NCBI GenBank assembly: GCA_964291395.2
Contig: OZ219856.1
Span: 896,001-960,000, forward strand
DNA from: Alphaproteobacteria bacterium
GTDB taxonomy: Bacteria; Pseudomonadota; Alphaproteobacteria; UBA2966
Direction of reading: 5' to 3'
DNA length: 64,000 nt
In this document: piece by piece, positions 1 to 10,146 of the stretch
Layout: each line of letters begins with the position of its first letter
Position numbering within the stretch: the first letter of the stretch is position 1
Position numbers and translations under genes: made by a program
The notes under the pieces: generated by a model
The model's input: only the letters and a program-made list of their open reading frames with translations
Told to the model about the DNA's origin: nothing
The model's database searches: none

Positions 1-11
1 GAGGATCGGGC

Positions 12-440
12 ATGGGTGGGACCATCACGCTGCACGGACGCCCCATCTCCAAGGGCGTGGCCGAAGGCGAAGCGATCGTCACGGACAAGGCACTGTCGTT
101 CATCGCCGCCGCGATCACCAACGACGAGGGGATCGTGCGCATGGACGGCCATCCCCTCCAAGGGAGGTCGGTCATGGACAAAGTTCTGGTCTACGACACC
201 GACATCTACTCAACCGGCGCGGGGCTCAGCTTTTACACCAAATGGAAGATCAACCAGTCGACGCCGCGCGCGATTATCTGCCGCGAGATGCACAACATCG
301 GCGGCGGTTTTACGATCTACACGGGCGTACCGTCGATCGACCGCATCCAGGAAGGCCTGCCCTGGGATCTCATCGGCGACGGCGACTGGGTCAAGGTCGA
401 CTCCGTGCAGGGCATCATCGAGGTGACGAAGAGGTCCTAA
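12..440 (+). CDS. DUF126 / aconitase X swivel-domain (small subunit) protein
   Basis: N-terminal GRPISKGVAEGEAIVTDKALSF and C-terminal IGDGDWVKVD match the DUF126 pattern; SD-like GAGGA at 1-5. Confidence 0.75.
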   Translation: MGGTITLHGRPISKGVAEGEAIVTDKALSFIAAAITNDEGIVRMDGHPLQGRSVMDKVLVYDTDIYSTGAGLSFYTKWKINQSTPRAIICREMHNIGGGFTIYTGVPSIDRIQEGLPWDLIGDGDWVKVDSVQGIIEVTKRS

Positions 441-464
441 GGGGATGGAGCGCGCCATGGCGCT

Positions 465-1376
465 TCACTTCCGCAGTACCGGGATGACGTCTTGGGCGAT
501 GGTCTCGAACATGGGGCGATCGGATTCCAGAACAGGGTAGTCGAGCATGAACTCCGAGATGCCCAGTTCCCGGAACCGCTCCACCGCTTCGACGAAGGCG
601 TCCTTGGACGCGTAGTACGGTATGGCGTCGCTAGCGTCCCGCGCCGGTTTGTCGAGCAGCACATAGGACCGGCGAATCTCCCCGGGGTCGCGCCCGACGG
701 CATGGCAATGCTCTTCGAGAATCTCGATGCGTTCGCGCGTTTCCGCAAGTTGCCCTTCGAGCGTTCCGGCGCGTCCAATGCTGTTCCAGATGTCTGCAAA
801 CCTGGCCACGTGCATGAGCATGTTCCGCCCAATGGTCCCAACGGCAATGGGCGGCCGGGGCTGCTGAATGGACCGGGGAATCATCACTGCATCCCGGATG
901 GTGTAGTAGGAGCCGTCGTAGCTGGTGGTCTCCTGCCGCAACAGCAGGTCGATGATCTCGACGTATTCTCCGAACCGTGCAACCCGCTCCTCCAGTGGCC
1001 AGTTCGCCAATCCCATCATGCCGTATGAGGGGTCCGACGTGAGTCCGATCCCGAGGCCGATGACAAGACGCCCGGCGGAGATCTGATCCACTGTGAGCGC
1101 CTGACGCGCCAATATGGCCGGATTGCGCAACGGTATCTGCGTGACATACGTCGCGAGCTTGATGTGCGAGGTCTCCCGCGCGGCGGCCGCAAGGGTCGTC
1201 CATCCTTCCAGCCATGGATCCGTAGGCGAGGGTTTCGGGTATCGCCAGTCGACAAAATGGTCCGCGGTGGCCACCAGATCGAAGCCGAGTTCCTCCACGT
1301 GCCGGAAGCGGGCAAGGAGCTCCTCCCCCGGCACATTGGGCAGAAGGAGAACCTGAAACTCCAACTTGTGATTCAC
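465..1376 (-). CDS. LLM-class flavin-dependent oxidoreductase (luciferase-like)
   Basis: GFD..ATADHF, EGWTTLAAAA..TSHIKL, RNPAILARQALTVDQISAGRL, PRSIQQPRPPI motifs. Confidence 0.9.
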   Translation of the reverse strand: MNHKLEFQVLLLPNVPGEELLARFRHVEELGFDLVATADHFVDWRYPKPSPTDPWLEGWTTLAAAARETSHIKLATYVTQIPLRNPAILARQALTVDQISAGRLVIGLGIGLTSDPSYGMMGLANWPLEERVARFGEYVEIIDLLLRQETTSYDGSYYTIRDAVMIPRSIQQPRPPIAVGTIGRNMLMHVARFADIWNSIGRAGTLEGQLAETRERIEILEEHCHAVGRDPGEIRRSYVLLDKPARDASDAIPYYASKDAFVEAVERFRELGISEFMLDYPVLESDRPMFETIAQDVIPVLRK

Positions 1377-1379
1377 GGG

Positions 1380-3347
1380 CTAAAGCTCTCGCCCCACACG
1401 GTGACCGTCGACGATCGCGAGTTCGATGTCCCGCGGCTGATAGCAGTCGCCGATGGCGTAAACCTCGGGAAACTGATCCTTGAGTTCCTGATAGAGCGCA
1501 TCGTCGGGCTCTCCCCCGGCGGCCAGAACCACGGTGTCGACGTTCTCTATGGTGCGCGGTTCCCAGGTGACGACGTTGTAGACGTCGACGGAGTTCTCCA
1601 ATACCTCCCAAACGCCCGTGAACGGCGTCAGCGCGACACCCTTCTTGAGCAGACTCTCCGTTAGGTTGTGCCATGCCGGGCCCGGCATATTCCGGCCGAC
1701 AAATTCCAGCCCGGTGACGACCTCAACGTCTCGTCCCTGGTCCACCAGGTATTCCGCGACGGTCGGTGCTTCGGCACGGCCTAAGGTGTCGACGACCAGA
1801 ATCCGTTGGCCGATGGGGGCATTGCCCAGCAGGACTTGTCTCGCGCTCAGCACATGCTTTTTGTCGACGCCCGGTACCTCGGGGCGAAACGCGGTCGAAC
1901 CTGTTGCGATGACGACCGCGTCCGGTTCTTCAGCCGACAAATCTTCCTCTCCTGCCTCATGGGCCAACCGCACGTCTACGGCCAGCTTCCGAAGCTGACG
2001 TTCGAAGAAGAAGATGATTTCCTCGAAGATCTCCCGAGCCGGTGTCCGCATCACCAAATTGACCTGACCGCCCAGGCGCTGCCCCTTCTCGAACAAGATC
2101 ACCTCGTGCCCGCGTTCGGCCGCGACACGAGCTGCCTCACAGCCGGCCGGTCCCCCACCCACGATGACGACTTTCCTCTCGGACTCCGCCGGCGGCAGTT
2201 CCGACCAGTGCAGCTCCCGTCCAGTGACAGGGTTGTAAATGCAGCCGACGCCCATGCCGAGGTCGACGTGGCCGACGCAGCTCTGGGTGCACGCAATGCA
2301 GGTTCGGATATCGTCGGTCCGCCCCTCCCGGACCTTGTTGGGCCAGTGAGGATCGGCAATGAGCACGCGAGCCATGCCGATGATGTCGGCCTTGCCTTCC
2401 TTGATCATGCCGTCCGCCAGAGTCGGGGAATCGATGCGCCCGGTGCCGACCACGGGAAGCGTCGTGGCTTCCTTCAGTCCCGCTGGAAGATGAGCGAACT
2501 GGCCCGGCTTGTAGTAGTGGGACGGCCAATGCTGGCGGCCGCTCCTCGGACTCGCCACCAAGCCCTGCCACATGTTGAAGTAGTCGACCTTCCCCGCGTT
2601 CTCGATGAAGCCGACCATCTGCTTGTAGTCGTCGAGCCCCAGACTGTAATCGACGAGATCATCATAGAAACGGATGCCGAGGAGACGATCGGGTTTGAGG
2701 GCATCCCGCACGGCGTCGATCACCTCGCTCAGGAAGGTCATCCTTTCCTCTAGGGTGTCGCCACCATATTTGTCGTCGCGGAAATTCGCCTGGGCGTTGA
2801 GGAAGTTGGAGAACAGATAGTCGACGCCAACCGCGAGTTCGACACCATCCATGTCACCCCGCACGACACGGTCCGCGGCCATACCAAACTGTTCGACGAC
2901 CTGCTCGACTTCAGCAGTAGACATGGCGTGGGGCATGAATTGGGAGGAGGAGAAATCAGGGGCGGGTACTGCGGACGCCGACACGACTCGGCTTTGCAGG
3001 AACCCGGCCTCGGTCGGGCGCCGCCCACGGTGGCCAAGCTGTGCCAGTATGGGCACGTCGTGGGTGTGGGTGGCCTCGGCAAACTTCTTGTAGAATTCGG
3101 TAATGCGTTCGTCGTAGCTGCAAATGTCGCGTGCGTGGTCGCCATCGTAGTGGGGCACCGTATGGCCGGTGACGATGATCCCGGCGCCACCCTTGGCGCG
3201 CTCGCGGATGTAGGCGACGTATTGCTCCGTAGGAATTCCGTCTCCGCTCTTGAACTGGGCGCCGTGGCCAGTGTTCATGATCCGGTTCTTGATCGTGTAG
3301 GTTCCGACCTTCAGAGGACAGAACAGGCTGGGAAACGGGTTTGTCAT
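1380..3347 (-). CDS. NADH:flavin oxidoreductase / OYE-like FMN + 4Fe-4S + FAD enzyme (FadH/TMADH-like architecture)
   Basis: KNRI, ERAKGGAGIIVTG, NFRDDKYGG, CIACTQSC..C cluster, VVIVGGGPAG Rossmann motif, IGDC. Confidence 0.9.
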   Translation of the reverse strand: MTNPFPSLFCPLKVGTYTIKNRIMNTGHGAQFKSGDGIPTEQYVAYIRERAKGGAGIIVTGHTVPHYDGDHARDICSYDERITEFYKKFAEATHTHDVPILAQLGHRGRRPTEAGFLQSRVVSASAVPAPDFSSSQFMPHAMSTAEVEQVVEQFGMAADRVVRGDMDGVELAVGVDYLFSNFLNAQANFRDDKYGGDTLEERMTFLSEVIDAVRDALKPDRLLGIRFYDDLVDYSLGLDDYKQMVGFIENAGKVDYFNMWQGLVASPRSGRQHWPSHYYKPGQFAHLPAGLKEATTLPVVGTGRIDSPTLADGMIKEGKADIIGMARVLIADPHWPNKVREGRTDDIRTCIACTQSCVGHVDLGMGVGCIYNPVTGRELHWSELPPAESERKVVIVGGGPAGCEAARVAAERGHEVILFEKGQRLGGQVNLVMRTPAREIFEEIIFFFERQLRKLAVDVRLAHEAGEEDLSAEEPDAVVIATGSTAFRPEVPGVDKKHVLSARQVLLGNAPIGQRILVVDTLGRAEAPTVAEYLVDQGRDVEVVTGLEFVGRNMPGPAWHNLTESLLKKGVALTPFTGVWEVLENSVDVYNVVTWEPRTIENVDTVVLAAGGEPDDALYQELKDQFPEVYAIGDCYQPRDIELAIVDGHRVGREL

Positions 3348-3369
3348 GAGGATGCGGGGCGGCCTGTGT

Positions 3370-4197
3370 CTAGCGCGCTCTCCTGTAAAGGATCGTGTAG
3401 ATGATCACGAACAACGCGATCATCAGCAACGAGAAGATCGTCGAGGCCGTGCCAAGGGCAAACAGGGTCGGGCGGATGCGCTGGGTCATTGAGGCGTTGA
3501 TATCGAGCGGCAGGGTGTTGAACTCCCCCGACAGGAGGGTCGTTCGCGCGAACTCGTCGTAGGAGAGCGTGAAGCCGAACAGGCCCGCGGCGACGATCCC
3601 CGGCAATATGAGCGGGAAGGTCACCTCCTTGAACACGGTCCATTCGTCGGCCCCCATGTCCCGGGCCGCCTCCTCCAGCCCGCCGTCGAAGCGGTTGAAG
3701 ACCGCCATCATGACGAGAAAACCGAACGGCAGGGTCCACACCACGTGGACGCCGAGCGCCGAGGACCACCACGCCGGCGGAATGCCGACCTCCTTCAAGA
3801 GCGTGGCGAGGCCGAGGCTGAGCAGGATTCCGGGCACCATCAGCCCGGCCATGATGGTGTAGAACAGCACGCCTGAACCCGCGAACCGCTTGCGGAAGGC
3901 CATGGCCAGCATGGTCGAGAACAGCGCCGTGACAGCCGTGACGATGAGCGCCAGGATCAGTGAACGCAACAGGGCGCCCTGCAGGTCGCCGACGGTCGAC
4001 GGCTCGATCAGCTTCTCCCACCAGTAGAGACTGACGCCGCGCATCGGGAAGCTGGTGCCGCCGCGGCGCCCTTGGAACGAGAGCACGAACATGGCGATCA
4101 TCGGTCCGTAGATGAAGATCAGGAAGAGCGCGTAGTAGACGCTGTAGCCCGTCTTGATCCAGGTCCGACGCCGCCGTTCCCGTGTCCATCGCCGCAT
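3370..4197 (-). CDS. ABC transporter permease, PotC-like
   Basis: About six TM segments; EAA loop LEEAARDMGA; SYDEF motif. Confidence 0.9.
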   Translation of the reverse strand: MRRWTRERRRRTWIKTGYSVYYALFLIFIYGPMIAMFVLSFQGRRGGTSFPMRGVSLYWWEKLIEPSTVGDLQGALLRSLILALIVTAVTALFSTMLAMAFRKRFAGSGVLFYTIMAGLMVPGILLSLGLATLLKEVGIPPAWWSSALGVHVVWTLPFGFLVMMAVFNRFDGGLEEAARDMGADEWTVFKEVTFPLILPGIVAAGLFGFTLSYDEFARTTLLSGEFNTLPLDINASMTQRIRPTLFALGTASTIFSLLMIALFVIIYTILYRRAR

Positions 4198-4198
4198 G

Positions 4199-5191
4199 TC
4201 AGAGCTCCTTTCGGATGTCGACGATCTTCAGGATGACCACCACGCCGATCATCATCGAGAGCATCAGCATGAGCGCGTTCACCGCCGCGAAGGGGTAGTT
4301 GGCGATCGCGTAGTAGTTGAGGATGACGGTGCCCGTGGTGCTGGTCTTGCCGCCGTAGACCACGACGGCGGTCGCGAACTCGCCCATGATCATCACGAAG
4401 ATGAAGATCATGCCGATGGCGACGCCGGGCAGGGACAGCGGTCCGATGATTTCGCGGAACACCTGGAAGGCCGAGGCGCCCATGTCGCGGGCCGCCTCGA
4501 GGATGGCCTGATCGATCTTGGCGAGCGAGAAGAATATCGGGCCGACGCACAACACGACGTAGAGCTGCACCAGCGCCATGGTGTAGCCGAATTCCGAGTA
4601 CAACAGGATGCCGACCGGCTTGTCGATGATGTCGAGGCCCATCAGCATCTTGTTGAACAGGCCGCGCCGTCCCAGCATGGGGATCCAGGCCACGGCCCGG
4701 ATGAGATAGCTCGTCCAGAAGGGCACCATGCACAGCAGGAAGAGTGCGAGCTGCCACTTGAAGCTCTTGACCTGCATCGCCAGGAAGTAGGCGATCGGAT
4801 AGCCGATGACGAGGCACAGGACCATCACGACCAGCGCGAAGTAGAACGTCGATCCCAGCGTCCGGATAAACACGCTGGGGCGCAGGAAGTTGTCGTCGCC
4901 CGGGATGAAGAACCCTTCGTTGTGGAAATACTCGCCGTAATGATGGAGCGTGACGTCCGGCTCCATGCCGTGTCCGCTCGACGTCCAGAAGCTGAAGACG
5001 ACAATGCTGATCAACGGGATGACGAGGAATACGATGAGCCAGATCGTCGCCGGCGCGATCAACCATCCCGTGGGGAACCCGGCTTCGCGCCTGAATTGCT
5101 TTGCCTCGCCGGCAGTCGTCGGTGGGGTCGGCTGCGAGCCGATGAGGCCTCCGTGGTGTCCGTTGACGACTTGGTCGACCATCGGTGTCAC
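4199..5191 (-). CDS. ABC transporter permease, PotB-like
   Basis: GYPIAYF, PFWTSYLIR, LEAARDMGA, PLSLPG motifs; start codon uncertain. Confidence 0.9.
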   Translation of the reverse strand: MTPMVDQVVNGHHGGLIGSQPTPPTTAGEAKQFRREAGFPTGWLIAPATIWLIVFLVIPLISIVVFSFWTSSGHGMEPDVTLHHYGEYFHNEGFFIPGDDNFLRPSVFIRTLGSTFYFALVVMVLCLVIGYPIAYFLAMQVKSFKWQLALFLLCMVPFWTSYLIRAVAWIPMLGRRGLFNKMLMGLDIIDKPVGILLYSEFGYTMALVQLYVVLCVGPIFFSLAKIDQAILEAARDMGASAFQVFREIIGPLSLPGVAIGMIFIFVMIMGEFATAVVVYGGKTSTTGTVILNYYAIANYPFAAVNALMLMLSMMIGVVVILKIVDIRKEL

Positions 5192-5233
5192 CTAGCCTCG
5201 TCCACCAAACCGTCCGGAAGCGGAGCGAGAAGA

Positions 5234-5266
5234 ACGGGCCGGCACGGCACCAGCCGTCCGGCCCGT
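5234..5266. promoter_or_regulatory. GC-rich intergenic stem-loop after the solute-binding protein gene (possible mRNA-stabilising or attenuating hairpin)
   Basis: ACGGGCCGG-CACGGC-ACCA-GCCGT-CCGGCCCGT inverted repeat between the SBP and permease genes. Confidence 0.4.
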
Positions 5267-5306
5267 CTGCTAGGTCTCGGGATTCGGTCCCGAGCGCGTC
5301 GTTGAG

Positions 5307-6593
5307 TCAGGCGCTCAGGAACTCCGTCCAACGCTTCACCAGGTAGTCGTTCTCGTCCATGAGCGAGTTCCACACGGCGATGTTCTTGAAGCGGTCCCAA
5401 TAGGATCCGCCGTCCCGAATCTCGCCTTCCGGCACGATGATCGTGCCGAATGGATCCGGCAGCTCCTTGGCCGCGGGCTTGCCCATGTACCAGTAGTCCC
5501 ATTCCTCGGGCTCGAGGAATTTCTTGACGTTGTCAGGCACCGACATGTAGTAGCCCTGCCGCGCCACGAACGCACCCGCCCAGCCGTCGAGCCACCAGTT
5601 GACGTACTCGTAAGCCTGATCGAGGGCCTTGCCGGTAGCCTTCGCCGAAATCGAGAGACAACCGTGCCAGCCGCGCATGCCTTCCTTGGGGAAGGCGTAA
5701 ATGCAAGGCACGCCTTCGGCCTTGATGGCGGTCACGGCCGGAGACCACATGCTTTCGAGGACGACCTCGCCGCTCACCATCAGGTTCACGGACTGGCCGA
5801 AGGTCTCCCAGAAAGCCCGGAAATGACCTTCTTTCTTCTTTTTGATCAGGAAATCGATGAGGAAATCGATCTCCTCCCGGGTCATGTTGCCCTTGTCCTT
5901 GAACTTGCGGAGACCCAGGGCCTCGACGCCCATGGCCGCGTCCATGGTGCCGATCTGGGGGACGTTCAAGAGAGCGACCTGGCCTTTGAAGTCCTCGCTG
6001 AAAAGCTCGGCCCAGCTGTCGATCTTCCGGCCCGTCTCCTCCGGGTTGTAGCCCATCGAGTCGGCATTGTGCCAACCGGGCACTGCGGTGATGTATCGCG
6101 ACGGGCCCTCGACGCGGTCGCCGTTCTCGTCGATCCAGAGGTGGCGGAACGGCGCATCGCCCTGACCGACATTCGAATCGGGGGTGAGCCTGCCCGTCTT
6201 GCACAGGTCCGTGATCGCATCCCACTGCTTGATACGCCTGGTATCGATGGGTTGCCACACCTTCGCCGGGACCATGACGTCGAAATCGTTGTAATAGCCT
6301 TCGGCGACCTCGTACTGATCGTTCTGGTTCAGCATCTTGCCGAACATGGCGCCATACCCGAGCGCTTGGCCGCGAATGGGAAACCCGAGGTCCTTGGAAG
6401 CCTGTCCCTGGATTTCGTTGATGATACTGACACCGAGTCCGATCGTGCGGGTTGGATCGGCCGCGCGAACGATGTTGGGAAAACCCGTGATCGCGCCGGC
6501 GACCGCGGTTCCCGCCGCCGTGCCGACGAACTGGCGGCGCGTGAGACCCGCCTTACGGACCGGTGTGGGCGTCTTTTGCCGTTTCTTGGCCAT
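5307..6593 (-). CDS. PotD/PotF-family extracellular solute-binding protein with Tat signal
   Basis: Twin-arginine leader TRRQFVGTAAG; NADSMGYN and SWAELF motifs; upstream of two permeases. Confidence 0.85.
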   Translation of the reverse strand: MAKKRQKTPTPVRKAGLTRRQFVGTAAGTAVAGAITGFPNIVRAADPTRTIGLGVSIINEIQGQASKDLGFPIRGQALGYGAMFGKMLNQNDQYEVAEGYYNDFDVMVPAKVWQPIDTRRIKQWDAITDLCKTGRLTPDSNVGQGDAPFRHLWIDENGDRVEGPSRYITAVPGWHNADSMGYNPEETGRKIDSWAELFSEDFKGQVALLNVPQIGTMDAAMGVEALGLRKFKDKGNMTREEIDFLIDFLIKKKKEGHFRAFWETFGQSVNLMVSGEVVLESMWSPAVTAIKAEGVPCIYAFPKEGMRGWHGCLSISAKATGKALDQAYEYVNWWLDGWAGAFVARQGYYMSVPDNVKKFLEPEEWDYWYMGKPAAKELPDPFGTIIVPEGEIRDGGSYWDRFKNIAVWNSLMDENDYLVKRWTEFLSA

Positions 6594-6766
6594 CGCATCC
6601 TCCCCTTGTGTTGTCGCTGCCCATTCGTTGAGCCGGATCCGGAGGCAATCGCGTCGCGGTCCTGAAATCCGGCGAAACCGAGTCGTTGGTACCCATATTA
6701 CCCGTGCCGGGATGATACATTAGGTCGATTGGATTGGGAACGCCGTGTGCCGGGGAGGATGGTGCC

Positions 6767-8218
6767 ATGAGCGTATTGATCAAGAACGGTCGTGTCGTCA
6801 CGGCGTCGGACGACTATCACGCGGACATCTTCGTCAGCGACGAGACCGTCGATGTGATCGGCCGTGACCTCGTGATCGAGGCGGACACCGTCATCGACGC
6901 GTCCGGGAAGCTCGTGATCCCCGGCGGCGTCGATCCCCACACGCACATGGAGATGCCGTTCGGCGGCACACAGACTTCGGATACATTCGAGACCGGAACG
7001 AAGGCGGCAGCGTTCGGCGGCACCACTTGTATCATCGACTTCGCCATACAATTCAAAGGTGAATCGACCATCGCGGCGCTCGACAAATGGCATGCCAAGG
7101 CCGCCGGGCAGGCCTCCGTCGACTACGGCTTTCACATGATCATCACCGACATGCCGGAGCACCGGACGCCGGAGATGCGCCGCCTCTCGGACGAAGGGGT
7201 GACCAGCTACAAGCTGTTCATGGCGTATCCCGGCGTGTTGCTGTCCGATGACGGCACGATTTTCCGCGCGATGCGCAAGGCGGGGGAAGACGGGACGCTC
7301 GTTTGCATGCATGCGGAGAACGGCGTCGTCATCGATGAGCTGGTCAAAATTGCGTTATCGGAAGGCCATATCGAGCCCAAGTACCACGCTTTGACGCGCC
7401 CTACCCGATTGGAGGCGGAGGGCGTACACCGGGCTCTCTCCATCGCCGAGGTGGCTCGCGCGCCGGTCTATATCGTGCACCTCAGCAGCTACGACGCGCT
7501 TCAGGAAATCCGCTTGGCGCAGGCGCGCGGCGTGATGGCGCACGCGGAGACCTGCCCGCAGTACCTCTTGCTTGACGTCTCGGCCTACGACGAGCCGGGG
7601 TTTGACGGTTCTAAGTTCGTGCTGACGCCGCCGCTTCGCGAGAAATGGAATCAGGAGGAATTGTGGCGTGGATTGCGCGGTGGCGCGCTCCATGTGATTT
7701 CCACCGACCACTGCCCGTTCTGCGTGAAGGAGCAGAAGGAACTCGGCCGCGACGACTTCAGCAAGATCCCCAACGGCGGCCCGGGCGTCGAGAACCGTAT
7801 GAGCCTGATCTACCACTATGGTGTCGGCAAGGGGTACATCGACCTCAACCGTTTCGTCGAGTTGACCTCGACGTCGCCCGCCAAGATCTTCGGCCTGTTC
7901 CCGAAGAAGGGGACCATCGCGGTCGGCAGCGACGCCGACATCGTCATCTTCGATCCCGAGCACGAAGAGACCATCAGCTACTACAACCCCCGGACCCACC
8001 ACATGAACATCGACTACACCGCTTACGAGGGCTTCGCCGTAAAGGGGTTCACGGAAACCGTGTTGTCACGGGGCAAGCTGGTGATCGACAAAGGTCAATA
8101 CGTGGGCCGCCCGGGTTATGGTCGGTTCGTCAAGCGCGGTCCCTACGGCGGCATCTACAAGCCTGAAGCGGCCGGTAACATCACCACGCCCGCCGCCATG
8201 CGCCTCGCTGCGGAATAG
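6767..8218 (+). CDS. hydA: Dihydropyrimidinase / D-hydantoinase
   Basis: PGGVDPHTH, SYKLFMAY, HAENG, ETCPQY, STDHCPF, KIPNGGPG, GTIAVGSDAD; ATG at 6767 after SD GGAGG. Confidence 0.93.
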   Translation: MSVLIKNGRVVTASDDYHADIFVSDETVDVIGRDLVIEADTVIDASGKLVIPGGVDPHTHMEMPFGGTQTSDTFETGTKAAAFGGTTCIIDFAIQFKGESTIAALDKWHAKAAGQASVDYGFHMIITDMPEHRTPEMRRLSDEGVTSYKLFMAYPGVLLSDDGTIFRAMRKAGEDGTLVCMHAENGVVIDELVKIALSEGHIEPKYHALTRPTRLEAEGVHRALSIAEVARAPVYIVHLSSYDALQEIRLAQARGVMAHAETCPQYLLLDVSAYDEPGFDGSKFVLTPPLREKWNQEELWRGLRGGALHVISTDHCPFCVKEQKELGRDDFSKIPNGGPGVENRMSLIYHYGVGKGYIDLNRFVELTSTSPAKIFGLFPKKGTIAVGSDADIVIFDPEHEETISYYNPRTHHMNIDYTAYEGFAVKGFTETVLSRGKLVIDKGQYVGRPGYGRFVKRGPYGGIYKPEAAGNITTPAAMRLAAE

Positions 8219-8342
8219 GTCGGTCCGGCTTGGTCACCTGCACGCTGTCCCTCTCGCTGTCTGTCAGGAGAGGCGATCCGGTAGCGCGGTCGGGGAATCG
8301 CTCCTCCCTCTGAAAGAGGTTACGCCCCGGGCCGGGTGGCCC

Positions 8343-8822
8343 TTACGACGTCACGTCACTCCGCGGTGGCGGGGGGCGGACGACCTTCAGCAGCCAATAG
8401 ATGATGCAGAACACGCCCGTCAGGATGACCAGCGCGACTACGGCGGCAAGCCGCTTGCCGAAGGCGGCGTCAAGCGCGTAGTCGGGCTGCAGCAGAAAGA
8501 CGCAGAGGATCTGCACGGCCTGAAGTGCGGCACCGCCGCTCAACAGGATCGCCGTGAACGTCGAGCCCCTGAGGGAATTCAACACCATCGCCTCTATGCT
8601 CTGCTGCTGGACGATGTGGAGCCGATAGGCCCGCCAATGGAACGCGCAAAATCCGATGATTCCAATGACCACGGCGGCCCAGAAAATGGCGTTGTCGTAG
8701 CCCAAACCGTAGAAGACGATGTTGAACAGGTCTTCAAACGGTTGATAAAAATAGAGAAATATCAATACGATAATGAACAGGATAAAGCCGACCAGCGTCC
8801 AGAACCATTGCCATCCGGTCAT
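8343..8822 (-). CDS. Hypothetical membrane protein (about 4 TM)
   Basis: Four hydrophobic stretches; SD GAGG upstream; co-directional with the hyu operon. Confidence 0.65.
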   Translation of the reverse strand: MTGWQWFWTLVGFILFIIVLIFLYFYQPFEDLFNIVFYGLGYDNAIFWAAVVIGIIGFCAFHWRAYRLHIVQQQSIEAMVLNSLRGSTFTAILLSGGAALQAVQILCVFLLQPDYALDAAFGKRLAAVVALVILTGVFCIIYWLLKVVRPPPPRSDVTS

Positions 8823-8920
8823 CGCTCAATCCTCATCCGCCGACGCCCCCGCGCAGCGGCACCGTTACGTGACGGTTTGCCTTATATCTCATGGTCACGT
8901 CGCTCGACAAACGACACTCG

Positions 8921-10012
8921 CTACGCCGCGGCTTCGGGAATCGCGATGAAGAGCAAGATCGCGTAGATCACGAAAAACGCCGCGTCTTTTGCCATGGGAA
9001 TGGTCTGATTGTCGGTTTCCTTGGCGGCGATCAGTGAGATGATCTCCAGAACGAAGAAGACGACGGCGAGGGAGAAGAAGGGCCAGATGGTGCTCCACCA
9101 GGAAAGTTCGTCCGGCACCGGAACTTCCTGAATGACCTCCCAGATGAGCAGCAGGATGGGCAGGACGATCAGGTAGCCGTAGGCGACGAGGAAGCGATAG
9201 CGGGTGACCTTCCGGTCCAGCAGCCAAAAGATGAAGAAGAACAGTGCGATGTGAAGGAAATCCCAGAACAGCGATGCGTAGGTCTCGCCGGCGTCGGAGC
9301 CGTGGAGGTTCAGGAATCCCAAAATCAGCAAGACGAGCAAGGCGTCGCAGAATATCCACTCGCGGGCGGATTCCGCCGGTGTCTTGACGCTCCATCCTCG
9401 TGTTGCCTTGTCGAACAGGAGAACCAGGGCGACTGCAAAGCCGGCGGGATAGAACAGGTACAGCATGAGAGCGAATTGTTGCGCCTTTTCCACGTAAATC
9501 CAGTTCAGTAGTAGGAATGCGGCTCCCAGGAGGAGGAGACCCACCAGCCGGGTCGCCGAAGGTGTTTCGATCGTACGCGCTGGAACCGCATGCGCGGCGT
9601 CTGACTGCGATGTCTGGACCGCGCTGCCGTGACCTGCGGTATCCCTGGGAGCGGTTCCCGCGCTCCGTGCAAACAGGAATACGACGAAACCCATGACGCC
9701 GATGCCGACGACCGCCAGCATCACGATGAAGAAGGTAAGGGATCGAGGATCGGTTTCCGCGCCGGCTGCCGCCGGCCGAAGCAGGACGTCCGGGAACAAT
9801 TGCCACGCGAGAAGGGCGACGGCGATCACCAGCACGATCAATCCCAGGAGGAGTTCGACCCAATGAGCTTCGGCGACGGACCCCGTCCCGGAGGTCGGGG
9901 ATTGACGAGACCGGCGCGTGTAGCTCGCGATCAGGTAGATCAGGAATGCCAGGACGCCGACGACGGCGATCGCGGCCATGATCTCGAGGAATGCGACGGA
10001 CCGGCTATCCAA
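8921..10012 (-). CDS. Hypothetical polytopic membrane protein (about 10-11 TM)
   Basis: Many hydrophobic helices, no family motif recognised; follows hyuB; start (TTG) uncertain. Confidence 0.7.
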   Translation of the reverse strand: MDSRSVAFLEIMAAIAVVGVLAFLIYLIASYTRRSRQSPTSGTGSVAEAHWVELLLGLIVLVIAVALLAWQLFPDVLLRPAAAGAETDPRSLTFFIVMLAVVGIGVMGFVVFLFARSAGTAPRDTAGHGSAVQTSQSDAAHAVPARTIETPSATRLVGLLLLGAAFLLLNWIYVEKAQQFALMLYLFYPAGFAVALVLLFDKATRGWSVKTPAESAREWIFCDALLVLLILGFLNLHGSDAGETYASLFWDFLHIALFFFIFWLLDRKVTRYRFLVAYGYLIVLPILLLIWEVIQEVPVPDELSWWSTIWPFFSLAVVFFVLEIISLIAAKETDNQTIPMAKDAAFFVIYAILLFIAIPEAAA

Positions 10013-10146
10013 GGGACTCTGGATCTTGGTGTGATCCTATTCCACGCCTCGGTCAGGGCGAGGCACGTCCTCCAAAGGGTTCTTGCCCGCCGAAGCCTCG
10101 GCAGCAAGGGCGACGGAGCGTCGGATCGGATGGGGGGCGAAATGCA

